NCBI RefSeq assembly: GCF_006345805.1
Contig: NC_043010.1
Span: 51,212,001-51,276,000, forward strand
Origin: Octopus sinensis
Taxonomy: Eukaryota
Direction of reading: 5' to 3'
DNA length: 64,000 nt
In this document: one piece after another, positions 44,750-58,206 of the stretch
How positions within the stretch are numbered: the first letter of the stretch is position 1
Layout of the letters: the number at the start of each line of letters is the position of its first letter
Made by a program: the position numbers and the translations under genes
The notes under the pieces: generated by a model
Database searches by the model: none
What the model was told of the DNA's origin: nothing
Seen by the model: the letters and a program-made list of their open reading frames with translations, nothing else

Positions 44750-45080
44750 AAACCCCCTTTGGTCATGAATGACCATAGGATTGCACCTAGAAAGTTACCC
44801 TCCAAGGCACAAGTCTGGGCAAGGTTGTTTATGGAAGACCAGCAGTAGCCCATGCATATCAGCCTCCTACTCTCCATGCCACTGATGTTATCCAAGGGAA
44901 AGGCAAAGGCTGATACAGCTTGGCACCAGTGATGTCGCAACTCATTTCTGCAGCTGAGTGAACTGGAGCAACATGAAATAAAGTGTCTTGCTGAAGAACA
45001 TAAAATACAGCCCGGTCCAAGAATTGAACTCACAACTCATGATTGTGAGCCCAACGCTTTAACCAATGAGCCATGCACTT
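44750..45080 (-). mobile_element. SINE family E copy
   Basis: Reverse complement of 17803-18140. Confidence 0.8.
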
Positions 45081-45359
45081 TTCATATATGACCTATATAC
45101 TTTCAATGGATTTTGATCCTCTGTAATTCCTAATTGGCAGAGTTGTCAGGGCATTATGGTTTTTATTCCAGCTTCTTACATTCTGAGTTCAAATCCTGCT
45201 GAGATTGTTTTTGCCTTTCATCCTTCCAGGGTCAATAAACAAAACACCATTCTAGGGAGGTGGATAGGTAGAATCATCAGATCATCAGTTATGGATAGTA
45301 GAATTGCTGTCCAGTGATGGACAGTAGAAGTTTTAGTAGTGGACAGGCAGACACATTGA

Positions 45360-45580
45360 CCTTTTCAATACCAACCCGGCTGAAACTGTCTCTGGCTCTG
45401 TAGTACAAATGTCTTGTTTTCATAAGTTCTGAATTAAAATCTTCCACCAAACCTTAGTCACAATTTATGTTCCTAACACCAGCTTAATGATAACTAAGTT
45501 ATTTTACTAAATTCTTTGTTATATTTAAAATAATTGGAAGAAACACAGAACATCTTTAAAGAAATACGGTAATAAAAGGG
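45360..45580. mobile_element. piggyBac-type MITE, second family
   Basis: Homologous to 31592-31812; TTGA/TTAA flanks. Confidence 0.8.
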
Positions 45581-46941
45581 TTAAACCATCAGTGGTGGAA
45601 AGGTAGAATTGTCAGTGTTGGTAATGAACAGGTAAAATTGTTAGGGTGTCAGCAATGAATAGGGAGAATTATCAGACCTTCAGCAGCAGACAGGTCCAGT
45701 TGTCAGATTTTAGCAGCATCTAGGTAGACTCATTACAGTGTTGGCAATGGGCAGGTAGAATCAATAGAGTTGGACACAATGCCTTACAGATTTGTTTTGG
45801 CTTTTTACAATCTGGATTCTATTCCCACTGCAGTCTACTTGGGTGATACACTTTACCTATGGCCCAGTTTAACATCACCATTTGGTTCTTGGACACCTTT
45901 TAGCGAAGCGCCCTCAGTTCTATGCATTCAGGGCAGGTCTCAAGTTTGAGAAGACATACTCCCCTCCTTCCTGAATATATTTTGATCCCATGTAATGTTA
46001 GTGTGGTGGAGGCATATGGCCTAGTGGTTAGAGCAGCGGACTCGTGGTTGAGGGATCATGGGTTCAAATCTCAGACCAGGTGATGTGTGTGTTTAAGAGT
46101 GAAACACCCAAGCACCACGCGGCTCCAGCAGAAGGTAATGGCGAACTTCTGCTGACTCTTTCGCCACAACTTTCTCTCACTCTTTCCTCCTGCATCTTGC
46201 AGCTCACCTGTGATGGACTGGCATCCTGTCCAGGTGGGGAACCTATACGCCAAGGAAACCAAGAAACCAACCCTATGAGCCAGGCATGGCTCAAGAGGGA
46301 ACAAACAAAAACAATGTTAGTGTGAAGTAGATTTTACAAGAGAAAATGTCTAAGATTTTTTTTAAATAGCTCAGTTGCAATTAGAGGTTTGTTCAATCAG
46401 GGTGGATCAGGGCAGATGGACAAATGACAACAACAGCACCTACTACTTCTACTACACAACAAGTATAACTTTAGTCTGTAACTATTAGAGACTCTCTCTC
46501 CTTTGCAATTTTTACTTGTTTTTCTAAAAATGACAAATAACTTGTCAATTTAATTTTTACTCTTTTTCAACATTTGATATTGATCTCTCTCTCTCTCTAG
46601 ACCACTGCCATAGTGAAAAAAAATGTACTAGTACAAAAATCAATAAACCTAATACAAATATGTTTTTCGTTAAAAGATTAAATTGTTATCTTAAGCAACT
46701 TCCTTCATTCCCACCTGTTACTACACTATGTAGAAAGGGGTAACATATGGTGGTGACTGTCATGGGGTGTTCACGCTTGCTAAGCTCAAATCCTTCTCTG
46801 ACATAAGTGTTAATCATATATCAATATACAAACTTTAGGCTACTTCTAATACAACTTCAACCTGATTTTGTATCTGAGTTTGTATTATTAGATTTGAAAA
46901 CAAACCTAAGGGCAACGGGCTATCAGAATCATTTGCACACT

Positions 46942-47304
46942 GGACGTTCCCTTTGAACGGCAGATAGAGAAATTAAATTTTTGTAACTAAAACCTTAAAG
47001 CTAAAACCAGTACAAATGCACGAATGATGTCATAAATAACAGTGACAAATGAAATATACACCGCCAGAAGTTGTTATTGACAAACAACAGCAGTGATTTT
47101 ATTCAGCTGAATACACATCATTGGTTGAAATTATCAAAATACGACAACTTTAACACGAAATAACTTCGTAAATATAAACTTTTCTCAAAAATGCTAACAG
47201 TAAAAGATGTTTTATATGACACATTCTACCACTATATGAAGTTTGAAGTGTTTAGTTACAAAAAGCATTTTTTCTAAATCTGTCAGTCAAAAGGTAAAGA
47301 TCCC
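46942..47304. mobile_element. MITE related to the GGATC-TIR family, nested in a family B SINE
   Basis: CTTTGAACGGCAGAT / ATCTGTCAGTCAAAAGGTAAAGATCC ends; interior resembles 6049-6466. Confidence 0.6.
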
Positions 47305-47351
47305 ACTGGACAAAACGCTTTGCAGCATTTCTTCCGACATTATGTCCCAAG

Positions 47352-47630
47352 CAGGGCTGTGGAGTCAAAACAAAAAACTTTGACTCCGACTCCTATACTA
47401 TTGACACCCCTGACTCTGACTCCTCTTTATGTAATTGAGAGATTGTGGTCTACACATCTCATAAAGCATGTGCATACACTTGTACTTTGAGTAGGCCTAT
47501 ATGTTATAACTAGTTTATATTAAAGAATAAAGACATTGTGAGTCAGAATCAGAGTTGGTATAGTTTTACCGACTCTGACTCCAGCTACCCCTTAATTGTT
47601 TCCTACTCCAACTTTGACACTACAGCCCTG
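47352..47630. mobile_element. hAT-type MITE
   Basis: CAGGGCTGT...ACAGCCCTG TIRs, internal GACTCC repeats, decayed 8-bp TSD (GTCCCAAG/GTTCTGAG). Confidence 0.75.
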
Positions 47631-47824
47631 GTTCTGAGTTAAAATTTTACCAAGGTCAACTTTGCCTTTTATCATTGCGTGGGGTCAATAAAATAGTGTC
47701 AGTTGAGCATTGGGGTTGATATAACTAACTAACCCCAACTACCTTAAAAATTTCAGGCCTTGTGTCTACAGCAGAAAGACGAAAAAAAATTATTAGGTTT
47801 GAAAACAAATTATGAATAGATTAT

Positions 47825-48400
47825 AGATGCAGGTGTGGCTGTCTGGTAAGAAGTTTGCTTCTCAGCCACATGGTTCTGGGTTTCAGTCCCACTGCATGGC
47901 ACTTTGGACAAGTGTCTTCTACTTCAGTTTTGGGCTGACCAAAGTTCTTGTGAGTGGATTTGGCAAATGAAAACTGAAAGAAGCCTGTCATATATACATG
48001 TGTGTATATAGGTGTTGGAGTGGCTGCGTGGTAAGTAGCTTGCTTACCAACCACATGGTTCCGGGTTCAGTCCCACTGCGTGGCACCTTGGGCAAGTGTC
48101 TTCTACTATAGCCTCGGACCGACCAAAGACTTGTGAGTGGATTTGGTAGTCGGAAACTGAAAGAAGCCCGTCGTATATATGTATATATCTATATATGTGT
48201 GTGTGTGTTTGTCCCCTCCAACATCGCTTGACAACCGATGCTGGTGTGTTTACGTCCCCGTAACTTAGTGGTTTGGCAAAAGAGACCGACAGAATAAGTA
48301 CTAGGCTTACAAAGAATAAGTCTTGGGGTCAATTTGCTCGACTAAAAAGGCGGTGCTCCAGCATGGCCACAGCCAAATGACTGAAATAAGTAAAAGAGTA
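47825..48400 (+). mobile_element. Tandem or nested SINE family A copies
   Basis: Older head at 47825, younger full copy at 48010-48400. Confidence 0.8.
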
Positions 48401-48914
48401 GGTGTGTGTGTGTCTCACCACCACCACTTGACAACTGGTGTTGGTGTGTTTATGTCCTCGTGACTTAGCAATTCAGTAAAAGAGACCAATAGAATAAGTA
48501 CCAGATTTTATTAAAATAAGCACTAGGGTTGATTCGCTGGACTAGAATTCTTCATGAACTATAACTAGTAATAAGCAAACCTACATTTCTGTCTGTTAAA
48601 AAAAACATGCAGGTCTTCTGGGAATATTTCTCTGCTTCCACAGACATTGTTATTGGATAACAAAACACTTACATACATCGTTAATATAAAACAAAAGATC
48701 TACTCCTCATCTGTAATTAGTAGAATCTCTAAAATGAAGTTACTGAAAATACCAATTACTGCACACTGTATGATACTGACATAGAACCATGTAACAAAAA
48801 AAAAATGGCATAGAACAATTTATCTTTAAGAGATATTTAGCTATGGTTGTAAAAAGAATTTCATAGACGTGAGCATGGTTGTGTGGTTATGAAATTTGCT
48901 TTACAACCACTTAG

Positions 48915-49380
48915 TTCTTATTTCTTTACTGCCCACAATTACTGCCCACAATTTACTGCCCACAATTTACTGCCCACTTATTTCTTTACTGCTCACAGGG
49001 GACAAACAAGGACAGACAAATGGATTAAGTCAATTACATCGACCCTCAGTGCGTAACTGATACTTATTCAATCGACCCCGAAAGGATGAAAGGCAAAGTC
49101 AACCTCAGCAGAATTTGAACTTAGAACATAGCAGCAGACGAAATACCTATTTCTTTACTACCCACAAGAGGCTACACTCACAGGGGACAAACAAGGACAG
49201 ACAAACGGATTAAGTCGATTACATTGACCCCAGTGCATAACTAGTACTTATTTAATCGACCCCGAAAGGATGAAAGGCAAAGTCGACCTCAGCGGAATTT
49301 GAACTCAGAACATAGCGCCAGACGAAATACTGCTAAGCATTTCGCCCGGCGTGCTAACGCTTCTGCTAGCTCGCCGCCTT
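48915..49380 (-). mobile_element. SINE family B with a duplicated 3' part and (TTTACTGCCCACAA) repeats
   Basis: Same structure as 28220-28625. Confidence 0.8.
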
Positions 49381-51354
49381 AGTTCTGGCATCTTGGGCAA
49401 ATGTCTTCTACTAAAGCCATGGACCAACCAGAGTCTAATAAGTTGCTTTCATTGAAGGAAACTAAGAAGTTTATCACACACACACATATATATATATTAT
49501 ACCCATACTAGATGTGAGTAGCCATGCAGATCCCTCTGCAGGAAACTACTCTACCTTTTGTCTCTCAAAGTATCCCCTCGCTCCCTATCATGAAGCTGAC
49601 CTCTCCTGCTCCAGGGCTCTTAGTCCTGCAAACTGCAAGGTGACCTCAATTGTACAGGTGGGATGAAAAAATATCCAATCTACACTGCAAAGTGGTTGGT
49701 GTTAGGAAGAGCACCAAGCCATACAAACCATTCCAAAGTAGACATTGGTGCTTAATGTAGTCCTAGGACACATCAGTCCTTGTCAAACTGTTCAACTGAT
49801 GCCAGCATGGAATATGGATGTTAAATGATGATGATATACATATATATATATATATGTATATGTATGTATGTATGTATGTATGAGGAGGCACAATGGCCCA
49901 GTGGTCAGGGCAGCGGACTCGCAGTCGTAGGGTTGCAGTTTCGATTTCCGGACCGGGTGTTGTGAGTGTTTATTGAGTGAAAACACTTAAAAAAGCTCCA
50001 TGAGGCTCCAGCAGGGGGTGGTGGCGATCCCTGCTGTACTCTTTCACCACAACTTTCTTCTGTTGGCCTGCTCACTTAGCCAGCAGGGTGGCATCATTTG
50101 AAGGCTAAAACAATGATTGTGACCAGTGATGTGTAGCAACATCTGATAGCCTGGTCGGTCACATGATATATATATATAGCGAGAGAGATAGAGAGAGGCA
50201 TAGGTGTGTCTGTATCATTAAAAAGATTCTTTCCCAACCATGTGGTTTTAGAGTCAGTTCCACTTGTGCAGAATCTTGGGCAAATGTTTTTTCTACTGTA
50301 AGCCTTGGGTTACCAAAGCCTTGTGAGTGGATTTGGTAGGTGGAAACTGAAAGAATCCCATCAGGTGTGTGTATGTCAGCACTGTCATACTTCACCCACT
50401 GGAACACAGAGGCTGTGATAATAGGAGGGAGAGAGAGAGTTGCATGAGCACTCAGCTGGTACTCATTATAGCTGAGTAGATTGAAGCAACATGAAATGAA
50501 GTGTATTGTTCAAAGAAAAAATGCACTGGCCTATCCAGGAATCAAAAGCACAACCACTAACGCGATGTGCTGTACAGATGAGGTCTGGTCAAAAAGTATT
50601 GGGACTGCTGTTAGTATGCAAAGTGAAGCCACTTGGCACAGATTGACCTTGAGCTTCGCCATACATGCACACTAAATTATAATGTTCTTGCTCACTTCCT
50701 TTGTTTATAGCAGCGCTTGTAAGTAAAGTGTGGTTGTCTCAAAAAGAAGATTGATTTTCAATTGCGCAGGATCTCCTTGATCAGGGATTGCCAAAGTGGG
50801 GCAGCAAGGAATTCATCATCATCATCATCATCGTTTAATGTCCGCTTTCCATGCTAGCATGGGTTGGATGATTTGACCGAGGTCTGGCAAACCAGATGGC
50901 TGCACCAGGCTCCAATCTGATCTGGCAGAGTTTCTACAGCTGGATGCCCTTCCTAACACCAACCACTCTGAGAGTGTAGTGGGTGCACGAGGGCCAGTCA
51001 GGCGGTACTGGCAACGGCCACGTTCAAATGGTGCTTTTTATGTGCCACCTGCACAGGAGCCAGTCCAGCAGCTCTGGCGACGACCTTGCTCGAATGTTTT
51101 TCACGTGCCAGTAAGGCGGCGATAGCCAAGAGGTCGAATGGGGGTCGGCATGCAAAAGACTAGCTCACCCAGATGAACTGCTTGAAATACTTAATCAGCG
51201 ACATGCTCATCCCTAACACTGATCTTGTCAATTTCAATAAAAGATATTCCAGCAATATGATGCGTTTTTCACATTTTCTAACCGTGAAAACAATTTCATA
51301 AAAATTGGAAGTTCAATACTGTGTACTCGTACATGTAGTTTTAAATGTAAAAGC

Positions 51355-51930
51355 TTCTAGGGTCGATATGTTCGACTAAAAAATTCCTCAAGGCGGTGCC
51401 CCAACATGACCGCAGTCCAATGATTGAAACAAGTAAAAACATTTTTAGAAAATTTTAAAAAATGAAGAAAAACCAGAAAAATATAACCGAGGTGGGGGGG
51501 GGATGAATAAAAATTTGCAAGATTTGGCTGTTGTTTCTAGCATGTAGAGCAACCTCCTAGGCTTAATTTCATGCGCTGGTTGAAAATCATTTGAAAAAAA
51601 ACTTATGGGGTCGATACATTCGACTAAAAATTTCTCAAGGTGGTGCCCCAGCATGGCCGTAGTCTAATAACTGCAACAAGTAAAATGAAAAAAAAAAACT
51701 AAATATATCATAGAAGTGGTTTGATCAGGCTTTAAAAAAATCCTGGGTTCCATATAGCCATCTAAAAAATTTTCAAGGTGGTGCCTCAACATGGGCGGTC
51801 GCTGCCTAATAATTGCAACGAGTAAAATTTTTTTTAATTCTGGGGTCGATACATTCAAATAAAAATTCTTCAAGGCGGTGCCCCAGCATGGCCACAACCC
51901 AATGACTGAAACAAGTGGAAGGTGAAAAGA
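51355..51930 (+). repeat. Four tandem decayed copies of the family A SINE 3' segment
   Basis: GGGGTCGATACATTCGACTAAAAA...AAGGCGGTGCCCCAGCATGGCC...AACAAGTAAAA at about 51359, 51608, 51745 and 51842. Confidence 0.75.
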
Positions 51931-51949
51931 AAAGAAAAAATTACATTAT

Positions 51950-54900
51950 TTACATTTGACGGATATTTGTCCTCGTCTTTGTTGTTAACACAACAAAAAA
52001 TATAACCGTGGGGCCTTTGTCCACTTTCACACTTTAACTATGGGGCCCTCTGTCCGGACCCCCATACATACAAATGATCGGATTGGACAAGTTGAGGACT
52101 TTCATCTCGGTCGTTCTTTCTTCATTATGACGAAATAAATGATCGGACGAGACCGAATTTACATCATAAACCTACGTTTATCAAAACAACGAAAGGGCAA
52201 CATCTACGTAGTTGGTCGGCCTGCAAGAACTAGCAAACAAAATCAAATTACACCTTACCGTAAAAAAAAAAAGAAGCAAAAACACATAATATAATATAGT
52301 CCGAGATATACAGGGCCTAACACAACTGAAAAGTCCTTAATAATAGGCATACCCACCCGGTCAAGAATGCTCTGCTCTAGATAACAACAGCAAGGATTTA
52401 TTTATATTTTCATTAAAAAAAATTCCATTCACGACTTGAGTCTATGAACAAGATCAAGGTATATTAACCGTGATCATCCTGTCTTTTCCAGAGGTGTGAA
52501 AAACATTAGTGCGTACTTGCGTTGTTTAAGACGGTAAAGTGGTAAGGTAGGGTATGCTACGGAAGAGATTTTGCTGCTACATCTAGTAGGCAGACAGACC
52601 ACGTAGAGGATCTCGCGTTGGCTGGTCTGTTAATGGTAGGTTTTATAGGAGGTTTGACATTATATGTGTGAGTGTAGGTAGGTAGATAGATAGATAGATA
52701 TACATAAACATACACGTTCCCCATTTTAATATCATATACATACATATATATATATATATATACATACATACATACATATATTTTTTTTCCCGACCAGGCT
52801 ATCAGATGTTGTTACACATCGCTGATCACAATGCGCTTGGCATTGTTTTAGCCTTCAAATGACGCCACCCCGCTGGCTAAGCGAGCAGGCCATATATATA
52901 TATATATATATAATGTAAACGCTTAAAGAAGTGTGAATGCAAAAGCGATGTTATTTACGAGTTTGTAGGTTCGTAGGAGGAAAAGACGAGGAAAAACAAT
53001 GATTCTTTCAAATTAAATATCATTTAAGTTATACTCCACACATCTCGTGTTTTTTCCTAGCCATATTCGGATTTATAAAACTAAAGGATATATAGATGTA
53101 TCCTAATCTAATATGCATTCATTGATATTTTAATTAACACGTTCTATCCTCAGATCATCATAATTTCAGATACGGAATTATAAAAGCATCTACCGCTATG
53201 TAAATAATATTTGCTATGCCTTTAGACTAATCGCAATGAATCTTCTTTTGCATTTATTATTAATCAAAATATTTTAATATAAAACTAGAAGCCATTGAGG
53301 AGAGAAGATATCTAATTTAGTAAAGCTATGAAAAACTCTTCCTGCACCCCGAAAAAATCCGTTTCCTTGTTTTTCTTTTTGGTCGATGTATAGCCAGTAT
53401 TGGACATTCAGACTTTTTAAATTATCTAGGATTGCATTAGATATATAAGTCCTTTCATCTTTTGTAACGGCATGCTGTGATTTGAAGGAGATTTAGTTGC
53501 TATTTGTAGCACGTCGCGCGTCTACACTGGAAAGACTTGTTTTGATTTCAAGTTCCAAGTCAACAGTGTGACCGAGCTGACCTGTGACCAAAGACATTCC
53601 ATCATGACCGTCTCAATTAAATTTTTTTACAGGCATAGTATTATAGATAGGGCCACGTTATCGAATAAGCCCTTTCTTTTTAAAAGACAGTAGCGTTAGG
53701 GTGTTGCTTAAGGGGAGATTTCGCTGTATTTTTTAGCAAGACGAACAGACCACGTACGGGAACATCGTAGTTGGCTCGTTTTAAATACAGTCAACAACAT
53801 TTATGAAATTATAATACATAGCTAGATATCGAAGTTGTTTTTTGGGGGTTATAAATATATATATGTATATATATATATAATATTACTAATATGAATAAAT
53901 TCAAGTTTAAGACAGTACATATATTAAGAGGTTGTTGAGGTCTCTATCAACAGTTGAGGTCGACCAACACAATATATATATAATACAACGAAATATATTA
54001 GAAATGAATTTTAGCTACGAAAACATTATTCTCGTTTATTGTATTTGCTTTGGGTTTTTTTAAATAACATTTCTGAAACCTTTTCGAAAGAAGCACATCG
54101 AGTACTTTTTCTAAGGAAGTCGACAGACGGTGTGCTTCTTTCCGGCATCGAAGATACAAATGGAATTATAATAGCAATATTTAAGATATGTTAGCCTTTT
54201 TTTTTTATGAACTGTCGGGTGTGATTCGAAAGGCTTTGGATGCTGTTGCTAGCAAACTGAAGCGCCCACGTCTCGCAATTAAATATTACTATACACACAA
54301 TTCAATAACTATTAAAATCAGTCAGTTGTCATGTTTTTGTGTGGGAGGGGTAGTTTCTGTCGTATAAAATAATTTCGCAGTGATTTCAGTTAGGTCCTAC
54401 CTTTGTCAGTGTTTGCTTGCAGAATTACATGCTTCAGTTAATTTAGAAAATAAACATTTTGAGGATTTCAAGTAAAACAGCTAATTTATTTTTTTCTTTT
54501 TGGAGGATAAGAACAAAAATTCGGCAAGCTTTCGTTTTGATGGCCAAAAATCCTTACATTAAACTTTGATCGAAGGTAGAAAACAGGTTTAGTATTAAAG
54601 AACTGAATGTTGTGTCAAGAAGGTTTGTTATCGAGTGTTTGAAGCATTATAAATAAGAAATAGGTTAAGGAGTGTTTATTTCGGGTATAAATACGAAATG
54701 CAGTTTGATAAAAAAAAAAAAGATATAAAATGATAGTAATATATCTATCCGATTTTCAAAATATGAAGTCGACACTTGGTTAATCATGATAGTAAATAGT
54801 TTAAGTGAATTATTAGGAAATCTTTAGTTTAAAAAATTGCATTATAAATACGAAATGACATTTAGGTTATAAGAAAACATTACTACCACTAAATACATTC

Positions 54901-56400
54901 ATTTTTAAAAGATAGGAAAGAAGCTGATGCATTGTAAATTGTAAACGTTTGGGGTGAACTGGGGAGGGAAATTCTAATGTTTAGAATTTGATCAAGGTCG
55001 GCCTTCATCAAAATTACTTTTGCCTTGACAATCTAGTTATTTTATCTATCTAGAACTACATCGTTCAATGTGACCCGTTTGAAGACCGTGGGGTGTGATT
55101 TGAAAGACTTTGGCTGCTGTTACTAGCAACAGAAGCGCTTAGTAGAGGTTAGCTCGCAGTTGATGTTGTTATACACGGTATAATAACTACTAAAACGAAA
55201 TTTAGGTTATAAAACAAGAACATTATTCGCATTTAATATATCGAATATACGAAAGACGTTCAAGACGAAATTGACATTTGTAAATAAAAAACTGGACAGG
55301 GGTAGGTTAAAACCACGAAAACCAAATTATAAAACGCATTTCCAATTTATAGAGAAACGACAATCGACTTGTTACGGCGACAGGTGTGGTTTCCCAAAAG
55401 GTGAAGAGACGATTGTAATAAAAGCATAGCTAACCTTAGTGGAGGAGATGGTTGTTATAAATCACCTTAACCAAAAATTGGTTTGTTTTGGTGGATCTTC
55501 GTAACTTGAGGAATCCACGTCATTATCTGCTCCACCTATTTCCGGTAGAGAAGACGAGGGGAGATTACTTTGAACAAACACTGTCAGTCTTTATGCAGAC
55601 GCACAACGCGCTAGAAATAGCAGCGAAATGTTCCCTCTTATCAATAGTAGTAATCCCTTCTGCTACAGACATAAGGCCTGAAATTTTGTGGAAGGCCAGT
55701 TAATCAGTCTCATCGACCTAGTACATGACTGGTACTTATTTTATCGATGAAAGGTAAAGTCGATCTGGGTGGATCATAAAGACAGACGAAATACTGCTAA
55801 GTATTTTGTCCTGCACTCTAACAATGCTGCTAGCTCGCCGCCTTTGGTTTCAAATTTTGGCCGACAATTTTAATGGTGGGAGTAAGTCGATAACACCGTC
55901 TCTAGTGCTCAACTGGTATTTACTTCAGCGATCCCGAAAGAATGAAAGGTTAAGTCAACCTTGGCGGAATTTGAACACAGAACATAAGCATTTTGTTCAA
56001 TTCGCTAACAATTCGACCAACTCCCTGCCTTAAAACACATCATCATCATCATCATCATCATCGTTTAATGTCAGCTTTCCATGCTAGCATGGGTTGGACG
56101 CTTCGACCGGGGTCTGGGAAGCCAGGAGGCTGCACCAGGCCCAGTCTGATCTGGCAGTGTTTCTACAGCTGGATACCCTTCCTAATGCCAACCACTCCGT
56201 GAGCGTAGTGGGTGTTTTTTACGTGCCACCGGCACAGGTGCCAGGGGAGGCTGGCAGCGGCCACGATCAGTTGTTGCTTTTTACGTGCTACTGGCACAGA
56301 TAAAAATAATTAGCTTACCGTGCTCAGATGCACTACAACTCGTCAGAAAGGCTTAAAAGAAGAGGCAGAAAGCAAACGTATAAGTCGAGTAAAGAAAGAC
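51950..56400. promoter_or_regulatory. CpG-retaining region, candidate DYM promoter / exon 1 zone
   Basis: Visibly more CpG than the DYM introns (judged by eye, not computed); ETS-like ACCGGAAAT and CRE-like TGACGTGG near 55515-55546 on the minus strand. Confidence 0.35.
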
Positions 56401-56541
56401 AATGTCTAAATTTTTTTTTTTAATCACACATTGGATAGTGTCTTGTATACAAAACTACAAGTATCCAATGTAGTTTTAGATACTACACAAACCGGATAGT
56501 CAAGACTGAAATGTCACGTTGTACAACATCGAATAAAGAAT

Positions 56542-56895
56542 CAGTGGTTCTCTCTCAACTGAAGTCCATATGGCCCCTGAGAATCCATATAAGATTGGGG
56601 GTGGGGTTCAATTAACAAAATAGTGAACTGGGAATCCACAATAGTATTTTAAGGACCCCTGAAAAAAATTTGCTTTAGATATATGTATTGGTATGTATTG
56701 CAAGAAACAGATAAGTTTCTTTCTCTAATATCTTACGTAATTCAACCGACACAAGTTAATGTGTGAAAAACAAAATAGGAATTTTGAAAGAAGTTTCTAT
56801 AAAACTAGATTTTAAACATCAAATGGTTATGGGGTCCACCAGAATAAAATAGTAATCAAAGGGGTCCATAGATAAAAATGGCTGAGAACCCTTTG
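56542..56895. mobile_element. hAT-type MITE (decayed)
   Basis: CAGTGGTTCTC...GAGAACCCTTTG ends; internal GGGGTCCA repeats. Confidence 0.6.
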
Positions 56896-57764
56896 TCATT
56901 TAGCATGTTAGAAAGAGCAATTGAGTATCCCTCAAAATCATACCCTTACCCTCTTTGGAAAAGAAAAGATGACAACAAAGACCTACGTAGCCTAAACAGA
57001 CAGGATTGGTCATCTCTCACCCAGTTTAGCACTGCCATTTCAAACTTAGGTAACTTTATTATTGAGTCCAATTTATTGCAAGAAGAAAAAGAGAAGGTTT
57101 GGTTTATTTCCCATAAAAAATAAAAACAACCTTTGTGACACAACACGTAATAGAATGTTTTAACTTTAGCCTTTTTCCAAAAGATTCCTGTATGTCCTTC
57201 ATAGTATTATTTCATTTGTGAGTCTGGCATCTTCAATACTATGATAAGGAGCTGGCTTTCCCACTACAAATTCTGGGTCTTGTTCCACAGCGTGGCATCT
57301 TGGGCAAGTGTCTTCTTCAATTACTACATTGTAATATACACAACTTCTACTGCTATAACACTGTAATATTCACAATGTCTGTCTTTACATCCTGAGTTCA
57401 AATTCCGCCAAGGTCAACTTTGCCTTTCATCCCTTTGGGGTCGATAAATTAAGTACCAGTTGTGTACTGGGGTCGATCAAATTGATTGGCCTCCTCCCCC
57501 AAAATTTCAGGCCATGCACCTAGAGTAGAAAAGTATATACACAATTTAAACTCTAAAAATTGATTCTTTCGGTGCAACCCATTAACCAAATTATCCATGG
57601 CCCAGTACTGATCTTTGGCCTGGTAATAGCCTGCAACTTGTTGACTAGGGACCTCTGGAGAGAGGAAATATAAGCAAAATACCAAATTTCAAATAAATAT
57701 AAGATTGGCTGGCGGGGCAAAACATAAAGTATATTTTTCAGAAATTCAAAACTTTTTAAGTTAT

Positions 57765-57930
57765 AGGCGCAGGAGTGGCTGTGTGGTAAGTAGCTTGGTT
57801 ACCAACCATCTGGTTCTGGGTTCAGTCTCACTGCATGGCACCTTGGGCAAATGTCTTCTACTATAGTCTCAGGCCAACCAAAGCCTTGTGAGTGGATTTG
57901 GTAGACAGAAACTCAAGGAAGCCGGTCGTA

Positions 57931-57995
<65 letters not shown>

Positions 57996-58206
57996 ATATG
58001 TTTGTGTGTCTGTGTTTGTCTCCCTAGCATTGCTTGACAACCGATGCTGGTGTGTTTATGTCCCTGTCATTTAGTGGTTCGGCAAAAGAGACTGATAGAA
58101 TAAGTACTGGGCTTGCAAAGAATAAGTCCCAGGGTTGATTTGCTCGACTAAAGGCAGTGCTCCAGCATGGCCACAGTCAAATGACTGAAACAACTAAAAG
58201 AGTAAA
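57765..58206 (+). mobile_element. SINE family A, full length
   Basis: Matches 40948-41344. Confidence 0.85.

Noticed and set aside
56310-56350. Strong minus-strand donor ACG|GTAAGC as DYM exon 1
   Set aside because: Lies in a repeat tail (GTTGTAGTGCATCTGAGCAC) also seen at about 7628-7650
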